DNA of 64,000 bases from a bacterium (GTDB taxonomy: Bacteria; UBA8248), in the NCBI GenBank assembly GCA_965213625.1, contig CBDBZU010000004.1, forward strand, positions 3,648,001 to 3,712,000, written 5' to 3'. Positions 50,860-61,158 of the stretch are shown piece by piece; position 1 is the stretch's first letter; every line of letters begins with the position of its first letter. Under the pieces are notes generated by a model. The model searched no databases. It saw only the letters and a list, made by a program, of their open reading frames with translations, and was not told the DNA's origin. A program made the position numbers and the translations under genes.

Positions 50860-52374
50860 CTATTTCTCCGCGCCGTGCCCGTTGCGTTCTGCGGGGTCGG
50901 TCACTTCCAAACTACCCTTAAGCCCGAACAGACGCTGCATTTTCTTCCTGAAGGACGGGGTAAAAAGCTTTTCGGCATAAAATCTCCCCGCCACCCTTTT
51001 ATTCACCTGCGCCAGCGTAGGATACACGTGAACCGTATCCACCACTTCTTTGATGTGCATCTTCTTCCGGACGGCCAGTACGAACTCGTGCAATATCTCT
51101 CCCGCTGCAGGCCCGACCAAATCAGCCCCCACGAGCCTGCCCTTCTCGTCACACACCACCTTGCATATGCCTTCGGTTTCCCCGTCCAGGACGGCTCGGT
51201 CCACCCGGCTCATCGGAAAGCGAAAAACTTGTACGCGATTCGCCCCCAAGGCAGCTTCGGCGTCAGCTTCGCTCAAGCCGACGTGCGCCGCCTCGGGCGT
51301 GGTGTAGATTGTCCAGGGCACGGCATCATAGTTCGTCTTTTTTTTGAGAAACGGGAGCGGAATCCCGAACGGCGCGCTGAAAAGCATGTTCCTGAGCGCC
51401 ACGCCTGCTTCATACTCTGCCATATGGGTGAAGAGAAACTGCCCCCGGATGTCACCGGCGGCGAAGATGCGCGGATTCGCGGTTTGAAGATATTCATTCG
51501 TCTCCACACCGCGTTGGGTATAATTTACGCCCGCCTTCTCCAAATCCATTCCACCCACGTTGGGCGATCGGCCAGTCGCGATGAGCAGTTGATCGCACAC
51601 CCACTCTCTTTTCCCCGATGGCGTATCGGCCTCTAAAAAAATTCCTTCCCCTCGCTTCTCGACTCTTTGCGTGTTCACATTGAAATGGAGTTTCATGCCG
51701 GACTCCGTCAACGAATCCGAAAGAATTTCGGCCATTTCCATATCGAGCCTCGGCAAGAGCTTCGGCGCGCTTTGCAGCACTTCCACATCGGCGCCGAGTT
51801 GCTGAAACGCCTGTGACAGTTCCAGACCTATCGGTCCCGCTCCCAACACCACCAGGCGTCTCGGCAATTCTTCCAAGTCGAAAACGGTTTCGTTCGTGAG
51901 ATAGGGCACGCTTTCGAGACCGGCTATGGGCGGCACGAAAGGAGAACTCCCCATGGACAGTAAAAACCGCTTGGCCCGCAGGGTTCTGTCCCCAATCTGA
52001 AACGTATCGGGACCGGTGAAAGCGCCATCTCCGAAGATCACCTCGATTCCCATTCCTTCGAAACGCTCGGGCGCGTCGTGCTCGCCGATGTGGGCCTGGG
52101 CCGCCTTCATACGCTTCATGACGCGGGGAAAATCGACCCGCACATCGCTTACGTCAATCCCGAATTCGGGCATCAAGCGCGCCTGCGCCGCCAGGCGAGC
52201 CGAGCGAATCAGTCCTTTCGAAGGCACGCATCCATAGTTCAGGCAATCCCCGCCGAGCTTCGCTTTCTCCACGAGCGCGGCTTTAGCCCCCAGTTGGGCA
52301 GCCCCAACGGACGCTACCAGACCGCCGACTCCCCCCCCGATGGATACCAAATCAAACACCGACTCATTTTGCAT
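50860..52374 (-). CDS. Pyridine nucleotide-disulfide oxidoreductase (MerA-like family, no C-terminal CC)
   Basis: GGDCLNYGCVPSK, GAGPIGLE, FTHMAEY, HVYPTL. Confidence 0.88.
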   Translation of the reverse strand: MQNESVFDLVSIGGGVGGLVASVGAAQLGAKAALVEKAKLGGDCLNYGCVPSKGLIRSARLAAQARLMPEFGIDVSDVRVDFPRVMKRMKAAQAHIGEHDAPERFEGMGIEVIFGDGAFTGPDTFQIGDRTLRAKRFLLSMGSSPFVPPIAGLESVPYLTNETVFDLEELPRRLVVLGAGPIGLELSQAFQQLGADVEVLQSAPKLLPRLDMEMAEILSDSLTESGMKLHFNVNTQRVEKRGEGIFLEADTPSGKREWVCDQLLIATGRSPNVGGMDLEKAGVNYTQRGVETNEYLQTANPRIFAAGDIRGQFLFTHMAEYEAGVALRNMLFSAPFGIPLPFLKKKTNYDAVPWTIYTTPEAAHVGLSEADAEAALGANRVQVFRFPMSRVDRAVLDGETEGICKVVCDEKGRLVGADLVGPAAGEILHEFVLAVRKKMHIKEVVDTVHVYPTLAQVNKRVAGRFYAEKLFTPSFRKKMQRLFGLKGSLEVTDPAERNGHGAEK

Positions 52375-52435
52375 CTTTATATCCTCTCCAGACGGCGAAA
52401 AGCGTCTCTCCCTTAACGAACGCGAACCAGTCCGC

Positions 52436-53962
52436 TCAAGATGTTACCTTATCCAATGGTTTCAGCCCGAACAAGAAAAACAAGACCGCTATGAGCAAAT
52501 ATCCTACAGCTATCCCGGGCGCCGCTCCCCAGCCGAAGAAGCTGACGACGCCTCCGGGTGTGATTCGCCAGGCATGAATTACCCCGAGCCAGCTCAATAC
52601 CGCGCCGGCCAGCGCCCATCCTCCCGCCTGCTTCGGTTCCTTGTCGATCAGCTTCGCCACGATAGCCGTCAAGATGATAGACGTAAAAAGAAAACCGCGT
52701 TCCAAGGTGACCATCCCCACAAGGTGAAATCCAGCCTTGGCGAACGCGTCCTGCCCTACTTTCCACAAGTTCGTACCCGCTCCTCTGAGTGAGGATTCCA
52801 CCATCAGCAAGCCCCAAGCGGCGATGGCGGGTATCAGGCCGATGGCCACGGCCGGTCCGTGGCTCTTTGGCACAGCCTGGAAAGCCTGGGTGAGCATCAT
52901 CACTCCGATCCAGAGCATGAGGGCGAAGAGCGCCTCGCCCGGAATGATTTTTGAAAGCGCCGCTATCGAGCCGGTGAAGCAAAGAATCGTCATCACGATT
53001 CCGTTCAATGCGCTGTAGCCAGCGCGCGCCCCGACCTTCTTCCAGGCCGGATGTCCGATATATATGGTCGTCGGGAAACAACTACCCAGACACGCCGCGA
53101 GAAGCGAGCCTGCTCCGTTCACCGCCAGGGAACTACCAGTGTCGTAACTGTCGCCGGCTGCGGCTGCGCTCTCCAGGCACATCAGGCTGCCCACCAGCGT
53201 CATCAGGCCCATGGGGATGGAAACCGCGAGGTAGTCCCATGCCAGCGGACCGAAAAGCGCGTCGGATAAAGGGCCAAGGGCGGAGGATGGAAGCGCCAGT
53301 CCCACAGGCGCGGGAATTCCCCCCGGAAAACCCTTGAATACGGCGGATAAAACCACTCCCACCGCAACCGCCACGAGTCCCCCCGGCACACCGAAGGGAA
53401 ATCTGAATCCGCCAAAATAATGAACCAGGATAATTCCCAGAGGCACCATGGCGAGGAGCGGGTTTTCCCATATCCTGAACGCGAAATCCATGGAGATGAA
53501 CGTTAGCGCAATGCCCCCCAGAGCAGAGAGCAAAGCGGCCCTCGGCGCGACTCGCCTGATACGTTCACCCACCAGCGAGCCTGCGGTCTCGATCACCCCG
53601 CTCACGAAACAGGCCGCCAGACCCGCCTGCCAGGCCGATTCGGCGCTTCCGGTCTTGAGTTTCACGGGCAACATGACGAAAAAGATGAACGCGAAAAGCG
53701 TCACCGTGTTGAGGCCGTAAGGCATGGCGGTCACATCGTCGCGGCCTTCGCGCTTGGCCAGACGGCGCGCCTGCCAGGTGTAGAAAAGATTACCGCCCAG
53801 AAGGCTCAACGCCGCTGCGGGCAGCACACTGCCAAAGATGAGTGAATCTGGAAATCCCAGCAGTCCTTTTAAGAAACCCACGATGAGAAGAAGATTGATG
53901 AGGTTGTCCATCCACAGGCCGAAGAAGCCGTCGACATCACCCTTGACGAACCATCTAGGCAT
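52436..53962 (-). CDS. NCS2-like permease
   Basis: GDVDGFFGL, DVTAMPYG, PTTIYIGHP...GARAGYS; many TM segments. Confidence 0.8.
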   Translation of the reverse strand: MPRWFVKGDVDGFFGLWMDNLINLLLIVGFLKGLLGFPDSLIFGSVLPAAALSLLGGNLFYTWQARRLAKREGRDDVTAMPYGLNTVTLFAFIFFVMLPVKLKTGSAESAWQAGLAACFVSGVIETAGSLVGERIRRVAPRAALLSALGGIALTFISMDFAFRIWENPLLAMVPLGIILVHYFGGFRFPFGVPGGLVAVAVGVVLSAVFKGFPGGIPAPVGLALPSSALGPLSDALFGPLAWDYLAVSIPMGLMTLVGSLMCLESAAAAGDSYDTGSSLAVNGAGSLLAACLGSCFPTTIYIGHPAWKKVGARAGYSALNGIVMTILCFTGSIAALSKIIPGEALFALMLWIGVMMLTQAFQAVPKSHGPAVAIGLIPAIAAWGLLMVESSLRGAGTNLWKVGQDAFAKAGFHLVGMVTLERGFLFTSIILTAIVAKLIDKEPKQAGGWALAGAVLSWLGVIHAWRITPGGVVSFFGWGAAPGIAVGYLLIAVLFFLFGLKPLDKVTS

Positions 53963-54138
53963 TGGAGTACCCCTGTTCAAGGTCAACACTTCAAACCGAG
54001 CGCACCTCAACTTCCGGGATAGTAAAACACGCGGGCTTGTTCACCAAAGCCCCCGAGGCAGTTTTTATCATCCTGCCCGTTTTGGTATGCTTCACGCATC
54101 GACATAAATCACCTTCGTGTTCATCGGGGAGAAAAGCG

Positions 54139-54891
54139 ATGGAAGCTGTCAAAGTCTACACGCGGCACGGCTGATACACCTGCGCCCTTACGAGAGAGTT
54201 TCTCTCGTCCAGCGGTCTGGAAGTCATCAACAGAGACTGCACGAACGACACCGAGGCCCAGGCGGAACTGAAGGCGCTCGGCATCAAGGCCCTGCCCGTC
54301 GCCGTACGCGGCGAGAACGTAGTGGTGGGCTACGACGTGGATGCGCTTCGCGAAGCCTTTGACATCGAACAGGCAGGCGCAGGCCCCCTTTCGTCTGAAC
54401 AAATTCTCCATTATTTCGAGATGGTCTTTGACGCCTTACGCCGCGTGATCCGCCAGATTCCATACGAAACGCTCGACTGGGTAACCCCCGGCAGACCCCG
54501 CACGCTTCGCCAGCTCACATGGCACAGCTTCGAGCGCCCGGACCTCGTGATGCAGACTCACGCATCAGGAGAGTACACAGAAGATATGGTGCGGCGGTAT
54601 GAAACGATGGCGAACGATTATGATACCAACGAAGATATATGCGCCTACGGGGATGAGATACAGGCCAAGCTCACCGATTTCCTGACCGACGGCGGCGAGG
54701 CGCTCGCCAAAAAAGTGTCGAGCTATATGGGGCCCATCACCGTCCATGAGTTGATGATTCTCTCGCTCGGGCACGCCTTCCAGCATTTACGGCAAACCTA
54801 TCACTATTTCGAGATGCTGGAGATTGTGCCGGAAAACCCGCTGCAACCCGAAGACTACGAAGAAGTGCCCGTGCCTACGGATCTCTTTTAG
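54139..54891 (+). CDS. Glutaredoxin-like (UxxC) domain fused to a DinB-like domain, probable selenoprotein (TGA at 54172-54174)
   Basis: ATG at 54139 (GGGGAG upstream) gives MEAVKVYTRHG-(TGA)-YTCALTREFLSSSG...ELKALGIKALPV...VVGYD, in frame with ORF 54322..54891 (LTWH, HAFQHLRQ). Hairpin at 54190-54208. Confidence 0.85.
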
Positions 54892-54921
54892 TCCAGTTTT
54901 GTTTTCCAAGGAGGCCGCTTG

Positions 54922-56199
54922 ATGCCCTCGAATGACACGTTCCCCCTCCGCGCGAACCGCGCCCGCATGAGGCGTGAGTTCAACGCGCAGGCGAAAATCG
55001 GCAAATACGGAAAAACGGGTCTCGACCGCGTGGCCTTCACGCCGGTCTACAACGAGGTGCGCGACCTCGCCGAGGGCTGGATGAAGGATGCGGGCCTCGA
55101 GACGCGGGTCGACGCCGTGGGGAATCTCTACGGCAGAAAAGAGGGCCGCGTGCGCGGACTCCCCGCGGTGATGGCCGGCTCGCATCTCGATTCCCAAAGC
55201 CCGGGCGGACGCTTCGACGGTCCCGCCGGCGTGCTCACCGCTCTCGAAGCGTTCCGGCGCATCGACGAGACGGGAATCGCCCATGATCATCCCATCGAGA
55301 TAGTGGCCTTCGTGGGAGAAGAATCCGCTTGCGGGATGACGGTGTTCGGCAGCAGCGTCGCCACGGGTGTCGTGGGCGTGAAGGATTTGAAGAACACGGA
55401 GCATCCGCCCACGGGAAAATCACTGTACGAGGCAATCGAGGGAGTGGGCGGGAATCCTGCGCGCGTACGTTCGTGCCGGATTAAAAACGACTCGCTCAAG
55501 GCGTTTCTGGAACTTCATATCGAACAGGGCCCTGTACTCGAAACAGCCGAGATACCCATCGGCATCGTCGACAGGGTGGTGGGATACACGAGAGGCGAGG
55601 TTCATTTCACGGGCGTCACGGCGCACTCGGGCGGACAACCCATGCCATACCGCAAGGACGCCGGCATCGCGGCGGCGGACTTCATGGTGCGCATGGAGAA
55701 CATCGTGAACCGCGCGCCCGATTCCCAGCGCGTAACAATCACCTTCGGCGAGATGGAGGCGCTCCCGGGATGGGTATCCATCGTGCCAGGAGGGGCGAGA
55801 CTTTCCTTCGACCTCAGAAGCAGAAGCCAGGCGGTAATGGATCGCACCCTCGCGCGAATGGAAAAAACACTCGCCGCCATCAAGAAGGAGCGAGGCGTAC
55901 AGGGCCGCCTCTCCGACGTGAAGAAACTGGCCGTCTGCCCCGCGTCCAACAACATTCAAAAGGCGCTCCGCCGCGCCTCCAAAGAAACGGGACACGCCGC
56001 GCTCACACTGTCGAGCGGGGGAGTTCACGACGCCTGCCGCATGGCGGCGATATGCCCGATGGGCATGGTGTTCATCCCCTCGGTGGGAGGGCTCTCGCAT
56101 ACGCCCGAGGAATTCACGCATTTCGACGACATGGTGAAGGGCGCTGAGATCCTCGCTTCAGCTATTTCGCATCTCACCAACGAGAAGGTAAAGGCGTAA
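54922..56199 (+). CDS. Zn-dependent hydrolase (allantoate amidohydrolase / N-carbamoyl-L-amino acid hydrolase, M20)
   Basis: GSHLDS, GRFDGPAG, EE, ELHIEQGP, HDA, GLSHTPEE. Confidence 0.9.
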   Translation: MPSNDTFPLRANRARMRREFNAQAKIGKYGKTGLDRVAFTPVYNEVRDLAEGWMKDAGLETRVDAVGNLYGRKEGRVRGLPAVMAGSHLDSQSPGGRFDGPAGVLTALEAFRRIDETGIAHDHPIEIVAFVGEESACGMTVFGSSVATGVVGVKDLKNTEHPPTGKSLYEAIEGVGGNPARVRSCRIKNDSLKAFLELHIEQGPVLETAEIPIGIVDRVVGYTRGEVHFTGVTAHSGGQPMPYRKDAGIAAADFMVRMENIVNRAPDSQRVTITFGEMEALPGWVSIVPGGARLSFDLRSRSQAVMDRTLARMEKTLAAIKKERGVQGRLSDVKKLAVCPASNNIQKALRRASKETGHAALTLSSGGVHDACRMAAICPMGMVFIPSVGGLSHTPEEFTHFDDMVKGAEILASAISHLTNEKVKA

Positions 56200-56316
56200 A
56201 GCCAACGAATCTCTCGATTTTTTCATATTTTGGTGAATAAAAACGTCGTTTATCGGTATATACCGATAAGGGTAGGATTGCATGTGGCAATCCCACCAAC
56301 TTAGGAGACGGCCGAA

Positions 56317-57102
56317 TTGACAACAACCAACAATTCCAAAAGATGGCTGCCCGGCGTTCCGTATGAAGAAATCGAAAAAATCTTCAAAGCCGCACCAGGC
56401 AATGAGATAGATAGCAGGAAGATTGACAGCCCGGAATCCTCCGCCGCGCTCGCGGCCAATACCTTTGGGTTCTTTCTCAATCGAGCGCATGATCTGCCCC
56501 TCCTTCCTGAATGTGACCAAAGGAAATGGCCACCGGTTTCATTGGCTCTTGAAGAAACTGTCCGCTTCCCTTGGCGTGGCGGTCGGCATCCCGTTCTGGA
56601 TGCCCTGGTTATCACGCCATCTGAGCTCATCGGTATCGAGTCCAAAAGGTTTGAGCCTTTTCGAGGAAACAAGAAAGCCTCTTTTTCTAGTGCGTATTGG
56701 AGGCGGGTATGGGGCGAGCGCATGAAGGGTTACGAGAACGTAAGAGACAAACTTCACAACAACGTAAGACGCTATAAACATCTAGACTCGGCTCAACTCG
56801 TCAAACACGCCTTTGCTTTGAGAACGCAAATCCAACCGGGGGGCAAATACGAAGGCCGAAAGGCCACCCTATTCTATATTTATGCAGAACCTGAGTGTTG
56901 GCCAAAAGATGGCAGACCCATCGACAAAAAAATGAAATTTCAACACAAGGAGGAAATTAAAATTTTTACAAAAAATATAATGGAAGACGAGGTGAAATTC
57001 ATTGCCTGCGCCTATGGAAAATTGCTGGCAGATTGGAAACAGAACCGAGCACCAGAAATTCGAGCGCATACAAAAGCCATTGTCCAGCGCTTTTCGCCCT
57101 GA
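56317..57102 (+). CDS. Putative PD-(D/E)xK restriction-endonuclease-like protein (PGN_0703-like)
   Basis: SSAALAANTF, LDAL...IGIESKRFE, QLVKHAFAL; locally AT-rich; TTG start. Confidence 0.6.
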   Translation: MTTTNNSKRWLPGVPYEEIEKIFKAAPGNEIDSRKIDSPESSAALAANTFGFFLNRAHDLPLLPECDQRKWPPVSLALEETVRFPWRGGRHPVLDALVITPSELIGIESKRFEPFRGNKKASFSSAYWRRVWGERMKGYENVRDKLHNNVRRYKHLDSAQLVKHAFALRTQIQPGGKYEGRKATLFYIYAEPECWPKDGRPIDKKMKFQHKEEIKIFTKNIMEDEVKFIACAYGKLLADWKQNRAPEIRAHTKAIVQRFSP

Positions 57103-57260
57103 AATCCCTTTAAGATTTTCAAGTTATTGTAAGCCTAGGCGTATTATGATAAATTTCGCTACCTCAAAATAAGTAAGTATGAATGTATTGCCGCAGACAC
57201 GTTTGCGGCGCAGCGTCTCGAAACCGAAACTCTATGGATAAAATCGAGAGGGAGAAAAAA

Positions 57261-58520
57261 ATGGGCAGGATAATCAGGCACGTCATTCTCGGATTTGCGC
57301 TGCTCCTCGCCGTGAGCATCGCCTTCACGCCCGCGGCGCAGGCGGCCAAAGAAGTGAAGATTGGATTCAGCATGGCGCTGACCGGACCGCTCGGCCCCGC
57401 CGGCAAGGCGGCGCTGCTGGCCATGCAGATCTGGCGCGACGACGTGAACGCCAAGGGCGGATTGCTGGGCCGCAAAGTCAAGCTGGTCTATTACGATGAT
57501 CAGACCAAACCCGCCAACGTTCCGGGTATCTACGCCAAACTCCTTGATGTGGACAAGGTGGACTTTATCGTCTCCGGCTACGGGACGAACCTCATCGTTC
57601 CCGCGCTGCCCATCGCGATGGAGCGGGGCATGGTGTTCATGGGGCTGTTCGGCCTGGATGCGAACGCGAAGTTCAAATACAACAACTACTTCCAGATCAT
57701 GCCGGCAGGCCCCGACCCGATAGTGGACTGGTCGCGCGGCTTCTTCGAACTCGCCAAGAAGCAAAAGCCCCAACCCAAGACGATTGCGCTGCTCTCGGCA
57801 GATTCCGAGTTCGCGCGCAACGCCGTGGCCGGCGCCCGCCGGAACGCGAAGAAATACGGATTGAAGGTCGTCTACGACCAACGCTACCCCTTCCCCGGCA
57901 CGTCCGACTTCACGCCGATTCTGCGCGCGGTCAAGGCAGCGAACCCGGACCTCTTCTACGTGGGTTCCTACCCGGGCGGTTCGGTGGGCATCGTGAAGGC
58001 CGCGCATGAGATCGGCCTCGAACCCAAGCTCTTCGGCGGCGGCATGGTGGGACTTCAATACACCGCCATCCAGATGAACCTCGGCAAACTGCTGAACGGC
58101 ATCACGAACTACTGGTTCTGGGCGCCGGAGAAGACCCTGAAGTTCCCCGGCATCGAGGCCTTCCTGGCGAAATACCAGAAAGAAGCGCCCAAGCAGAAAC
58201 TCGACCCGCTGGGCTACTACCTGCCGCCGTTCGCATACGCCTACGTGCAGTTGCTCGGAAATGCGATCGAGGCCACCAAGAGCTTCGACCAGGCGAAGGT
58301 CGGCGCCTACATCCGCAACAACACCCATTCCACCGTGGTCGGAAACGTGAAGTTCGGCAAGAACGGCGAGTGGGCGACCTCCCGGACGTTCCAGGTGCAG
58401 CTGCAGAACATCAAGAGCAACAAGATGAGCGAGTTCAGCAAACCCGGCAAGATGATCGTGCTGTATCCCGAGGACTTCAAGTCCGGAAACCTCATCTATC
58501 CATACGCGAAAGGCAAGTAA
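57261..58520 (+). CDS. Branched-chain amino acid-type ABC transporter substrate-binding protein
   Basis: Signal peptide, KIGFSMALTG, VNAKGGLLGRKVKLVYYDD. Confidence 0.9.
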   Translation: MGRIIRHVILGFALLLAVSIAFTPAAQAAKEVKIGFSMALTGPLGPAGKAALLAMQIWRDDVNAKGGLLGRKVKLVYYDDQTKPANVPGIYAKLLDVDKVDFIVSGYGTNLIVPALPIAMERGMVFMGLFGLDANAKFKYNNYFQIMPAGPDPIVDWSRGFFELAKKQKPQPKTIALLSADSEFARNAVAGARRNAKKYGLKVVYDQRYPFPGTSDFTPILRAVKAANPDLFYVGSYPGGSVGIVKAAHEIGLEPKLFGGGMVGLQYTAIQMNLGKLLNGITNYWFWAPEKTLKFPGIEAFLAKYQKEAPKQKLDPLGYYLPPFAYAYVQLLGNAIEATKSFDQAKVGAYIRNNTHSTVVGNVKFGKNGEWATSRTFQVQLQNIKSNKMSEFSKPGKMIVLYPEDFKSGNLIYPYAKGK

Positions 58521-58540
58521 CGAACCGGACATAAAACTGC

Positions 58541-58568
58541 GACCGGGGGGAGACCTCTCCCCCCGGTC
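58541..58568 (+). other. Intercistronic stem-loop after the SBP gene
   Basis: GACCGGGGGGAGA-CC-TCTCCCCCCGGTC near-perfect inverted repeat, no U tract. Confidence 0.6.
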
Positions 58569-58597
58569 CGCGTCCGGCTCGTCGCAGGAGCGCATCC

Positions 58598-59470
58598 ATG
58601 CTCAGCTTTGAATTCTTGTTGAACGCACTCGTCGCGGGCCTCCTGCTGGGAGGCTTTTACGCCGCGTTAAGCGCCGGTCTTTCGCTCTCATTCGGTTTGC
58701 TGGACGTCGTGAACATCGCCCATCCGGCGTTCATTCTCTTCGGCTCCTACCTGACTTTCTACGCGAACGAGCACTTCGGGTTCGACCCGGTGCTCGCGGG
58801 CCTTATCTTTGCGGTTCCCGCCTATTTCGTGGGCGTCGCGGTCTACAAAATCTACTACAACAGCTTCGAGAAGACGGGGGCGGAATCCCTGCGCGGACTG
58901 GTGTTTTTCTTCGGACTCTTTTTCCTCATCGAGGTCATACTCATCATCACCTTCGGGGTGGACTACCGCCTCGTCCGCGCGTTCTACATCGGCAAGTCCA
59001 CCTCCATCGGTGCTGTGGGAATCGCCTACCGGCTGTTCGTGCCCTTCCTCGTGGGGGGGATACTCTCCACTGTCCTGTACCTGTTTCTCACAAAAACGTT
59101 TTTCGGGCGCGCCATCATGGGCGTCGCGCAGGATAGCCTCGCGGTGCAGCTCATGGGGGTCGACCCGATTCGCATCAAGACGGTCGCCTTCGGCATCGGC
59201 ATCGCCACCGCCGTGATCGCGGGCTCTTTGCTCATCATCATCGGCCCGGTCGAGCCGACAATCGGACGCGAATACATCGGCCGCGTGTTCGCGGTCACCG
59301 TCCTCGGCGGGCTGGGCAGCATGACGGGCACGCTCGTGGGCGCGCTCATCCTGGGCGTCGCGGAGAGCTTCACCTCTTCGTTCTTCGGCCCATCCTGGGC
59401 GCTGGCCGTCTCGTTCGGCATTCTGCTCATCTGCCTGGCGGTCCGGCCGTCCGGCCTCTTCGGGAGGTAG
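58598..59470 (+). CDS. ABC permease (LivH-like)
   Basis: GLSLSFGLLDVVNIAH, VLGGLGS, RPSGLFG. Confidence 0.9.
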   Translation: MLSFEFLLNALVAGLLLGGFYAALSAGLSLSFGLLDVVNIAHPAFILFGSYLTFYANEHFGFDPVLAGLIFAVPAYFVGVAVYKIYYNSFEKTGAESLRGLVFFFGLFFLIEVILIITFGVDYRLVRAFYIGKSTSIGAVGIAYRLFVPFLVGGILSTVLYLFLTKTFFGRAIMGVAQDSLAVQLMGVDPIRIKTVAFGIGIATAVIAGSLLIIIGPVEPTIGREYIGRVFAVTVLGGLGSMTGTLVGALILGVAESFTSSFFGPSWALAVSFGILLICLAVRPSGLFGR

Positions 59471-59473
59471 CCC

Positions 59474-60433
59474 TTGAGTAACGAAAAGAGGCTCTTCCTG
59501 ATCGTGGCCGCCGTACTCGTAGTCGGGGCATTCCTCATCACGACCCAGATGGAGAACCGCTTCTACTACAAGGCGGCCTACGTCGTCTTGCAGTACGTCG
59601 TCCTGGCCACCGCCTGGAACATCCTGGGAGGCTACACCGGATATGTGAATTTCGGCACGGCGGCGTTCTTCGCCATGGGCGCCTATACCGCCGTGGCGCT
59701 TATCAAGACCTGGAAGCCACCCCTCTACGTGCTGCTCATCTCGGGAGGCATCGTCTCGGGCCTCCTGGGACTCGGAATCGGCTACCTGACCTTGAGGCTC
59801 AGGGGCGTGTTCTTCTCCATCGCCACCCTCGCGCTGGCCGTCGTGCTCCAGATGGTCGTCTCGAACTGGGACTACGTGGGCGGCGGCGCGGGCACGGCCA
59901 TCCTGAAACCAAGGAGCGTGCCGCTGTTCTCGAACTACGACGAGTTCCTCTTCTTCGTCATGGCGGCGCTCGCCGTGGTCGCCGTGGCCGTCGCCTGGCT
60001 CATCGAGAAATCCTGGGTCGGGCGGGGAATGGCCGCCATCCGCGACAACGAAGAAGCGGCCGAGTGCATGGGCGTGCCCATTCTCAAAATCAAGCTGTTC
60101 GCCACCACGGTGAGCGGGGCGCTGATGGGAATCGCGGGCGCGCCGTTTTCCTATTTCGTCGTCTACATCGAACCCACATCGGCCTTTCACCTGGACTACG
60201 CTGTGAACAGCCTCGCCATGCCCATGATCGGCGGCACTACCTCTTGGCTGGGTCCGCTGGTCGGCGCGGTTCTGGTCGGCACTGCCCAGCAGATAGCCAC
60301 CGTCACCCTCTCCGCCGAGATGAACCTGCTCATCGTGGGCAGCCTGCTCGTTGGCTTCGTGGTGTTCGCACCCGACGGCCTCGTGGGCCTGTTCGGCAAG
60401 ATTCGCGCGCGCTTCGTGGGCAAGGAGGCGTGA
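59474..60433 (+). CDS. ABC permease (LivM-like)
   Basis: WNILGGYTGYVNFG, RLRGVFFSIATL, AIRDNE. Confidence 0.9.
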   Translation: MSNEKRLFLIVAAVLVVGAFLITTQMENRFYYKAAYVVLQYVVLATAWNILGGYTGYVNFGTAAFFAMGAYTAVALIKTWKPPLYVLLISGGIVSGLLGLGIGYLTLRLRGVFFSIATLALAVVLQMVVSNWDYVGGGAGTAILKPRSVPLFSNYDEFLFFVMAALAVVAVAVAWLIEKSWVGRGMAAIRDNEEAAECMGVPILKIKLFATTVSGALMGIAGAPFSYFVVYIEPTSAFHLDYAVNSLAMPMIGGTTSWLGPLVGAVLVGTAQQIATVTLSAEMNLLIVGSLLVGFVVFAPDGLVGLFGKIRARFVGKEA

Positions 60434-61158
60434 TGAGCGAGAATCTCCTCGACGTACACGGCGTCACCAAGCGATTCGGCGGATTCAGCGCGCTCACCAA
60501 AGTGGACCTGCACGTGAAGGAAAACGAGCGCTTCGGCCTCATCGGTCCCAACGGCTCGGGCAAGACAACCATGATCAACTGCATCTCGGGCGCTCTCAAC
60601 AACGACGAAGGTAACATCGTCTTCGCCGGACGGGACATCACCAGGATACCCGCCTACCAGCGAACCCGCCTGGGCATCGCCCGCAGCTTTCAGATTCCAA
60701 AGCCGTTCGTCAGCATGACGGTGCTCGAAAACCTCTGCATCCCGCTCGAATACGCCGCCCACCAGCACTCCCACGGAGTGGAACTGCGTGACGAGGCCAT
60801 GGAAATACTCGAGATAATGAGCATGGCGGACAAGGCCGACGTGCGAACCGGGGGACTCACCCAGATCGAACTGCGCAAGCTCGAACTCGCCCGCGCCATG
60901 GCGGCCAAGCCGAGGCTCCTCATATCGGACGAGGCCATGGCCGGCCTCTCCAACACCGAGGTGGACGACATTCTCGAAATCCTCGTGCGTCTGAACGAGG
61001 AGGGCCTCACGGTCATCATGATCGAGCACATCATGCGGGCGGTCATGAACTTCTCGGAGCGCATCGTCGTCCTCGACGCCGGGGAAAAGATAGCCGAGGG
61101 GACGCCCGATGAGATCGTCAACAACAAGGACGTGGAAAGGGCCTACCTTGGCGCATAG
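60433..61158 (+). CDS. ABC ATPase (LivG-like)
   Basis: GPNGSGKTT, IARSFQ, DEAMAG, IEH. Confidence 0.9.
   Translation: MSENLLDVHGVTKRFGGFSALTKVDLHVKENERFGLIGPNGSGKTTMINCISGALNNDEGNIVFAGRDITRIPAYQRTRLGIARSFQIPKPFVSMTVLENLCIPLEYAAHQHSHGVELRDEAMEILEIMSMADKADVRTGGLTQIELRKLELARAMAAKPRLLISDEAMAGLSNTEVDDILEILVRLNEEGLTVIMIEHIMRAVMNFSERIVVLDAGEKIAEGTPDEIVNNKDVERAYLGA

Noticed and set aside
50860-52374. True mercuric reductase merA
   Set aside because: No C-terminal Cys-Cys pair, no N-terminal metal-binding domain and no mer operon genes.
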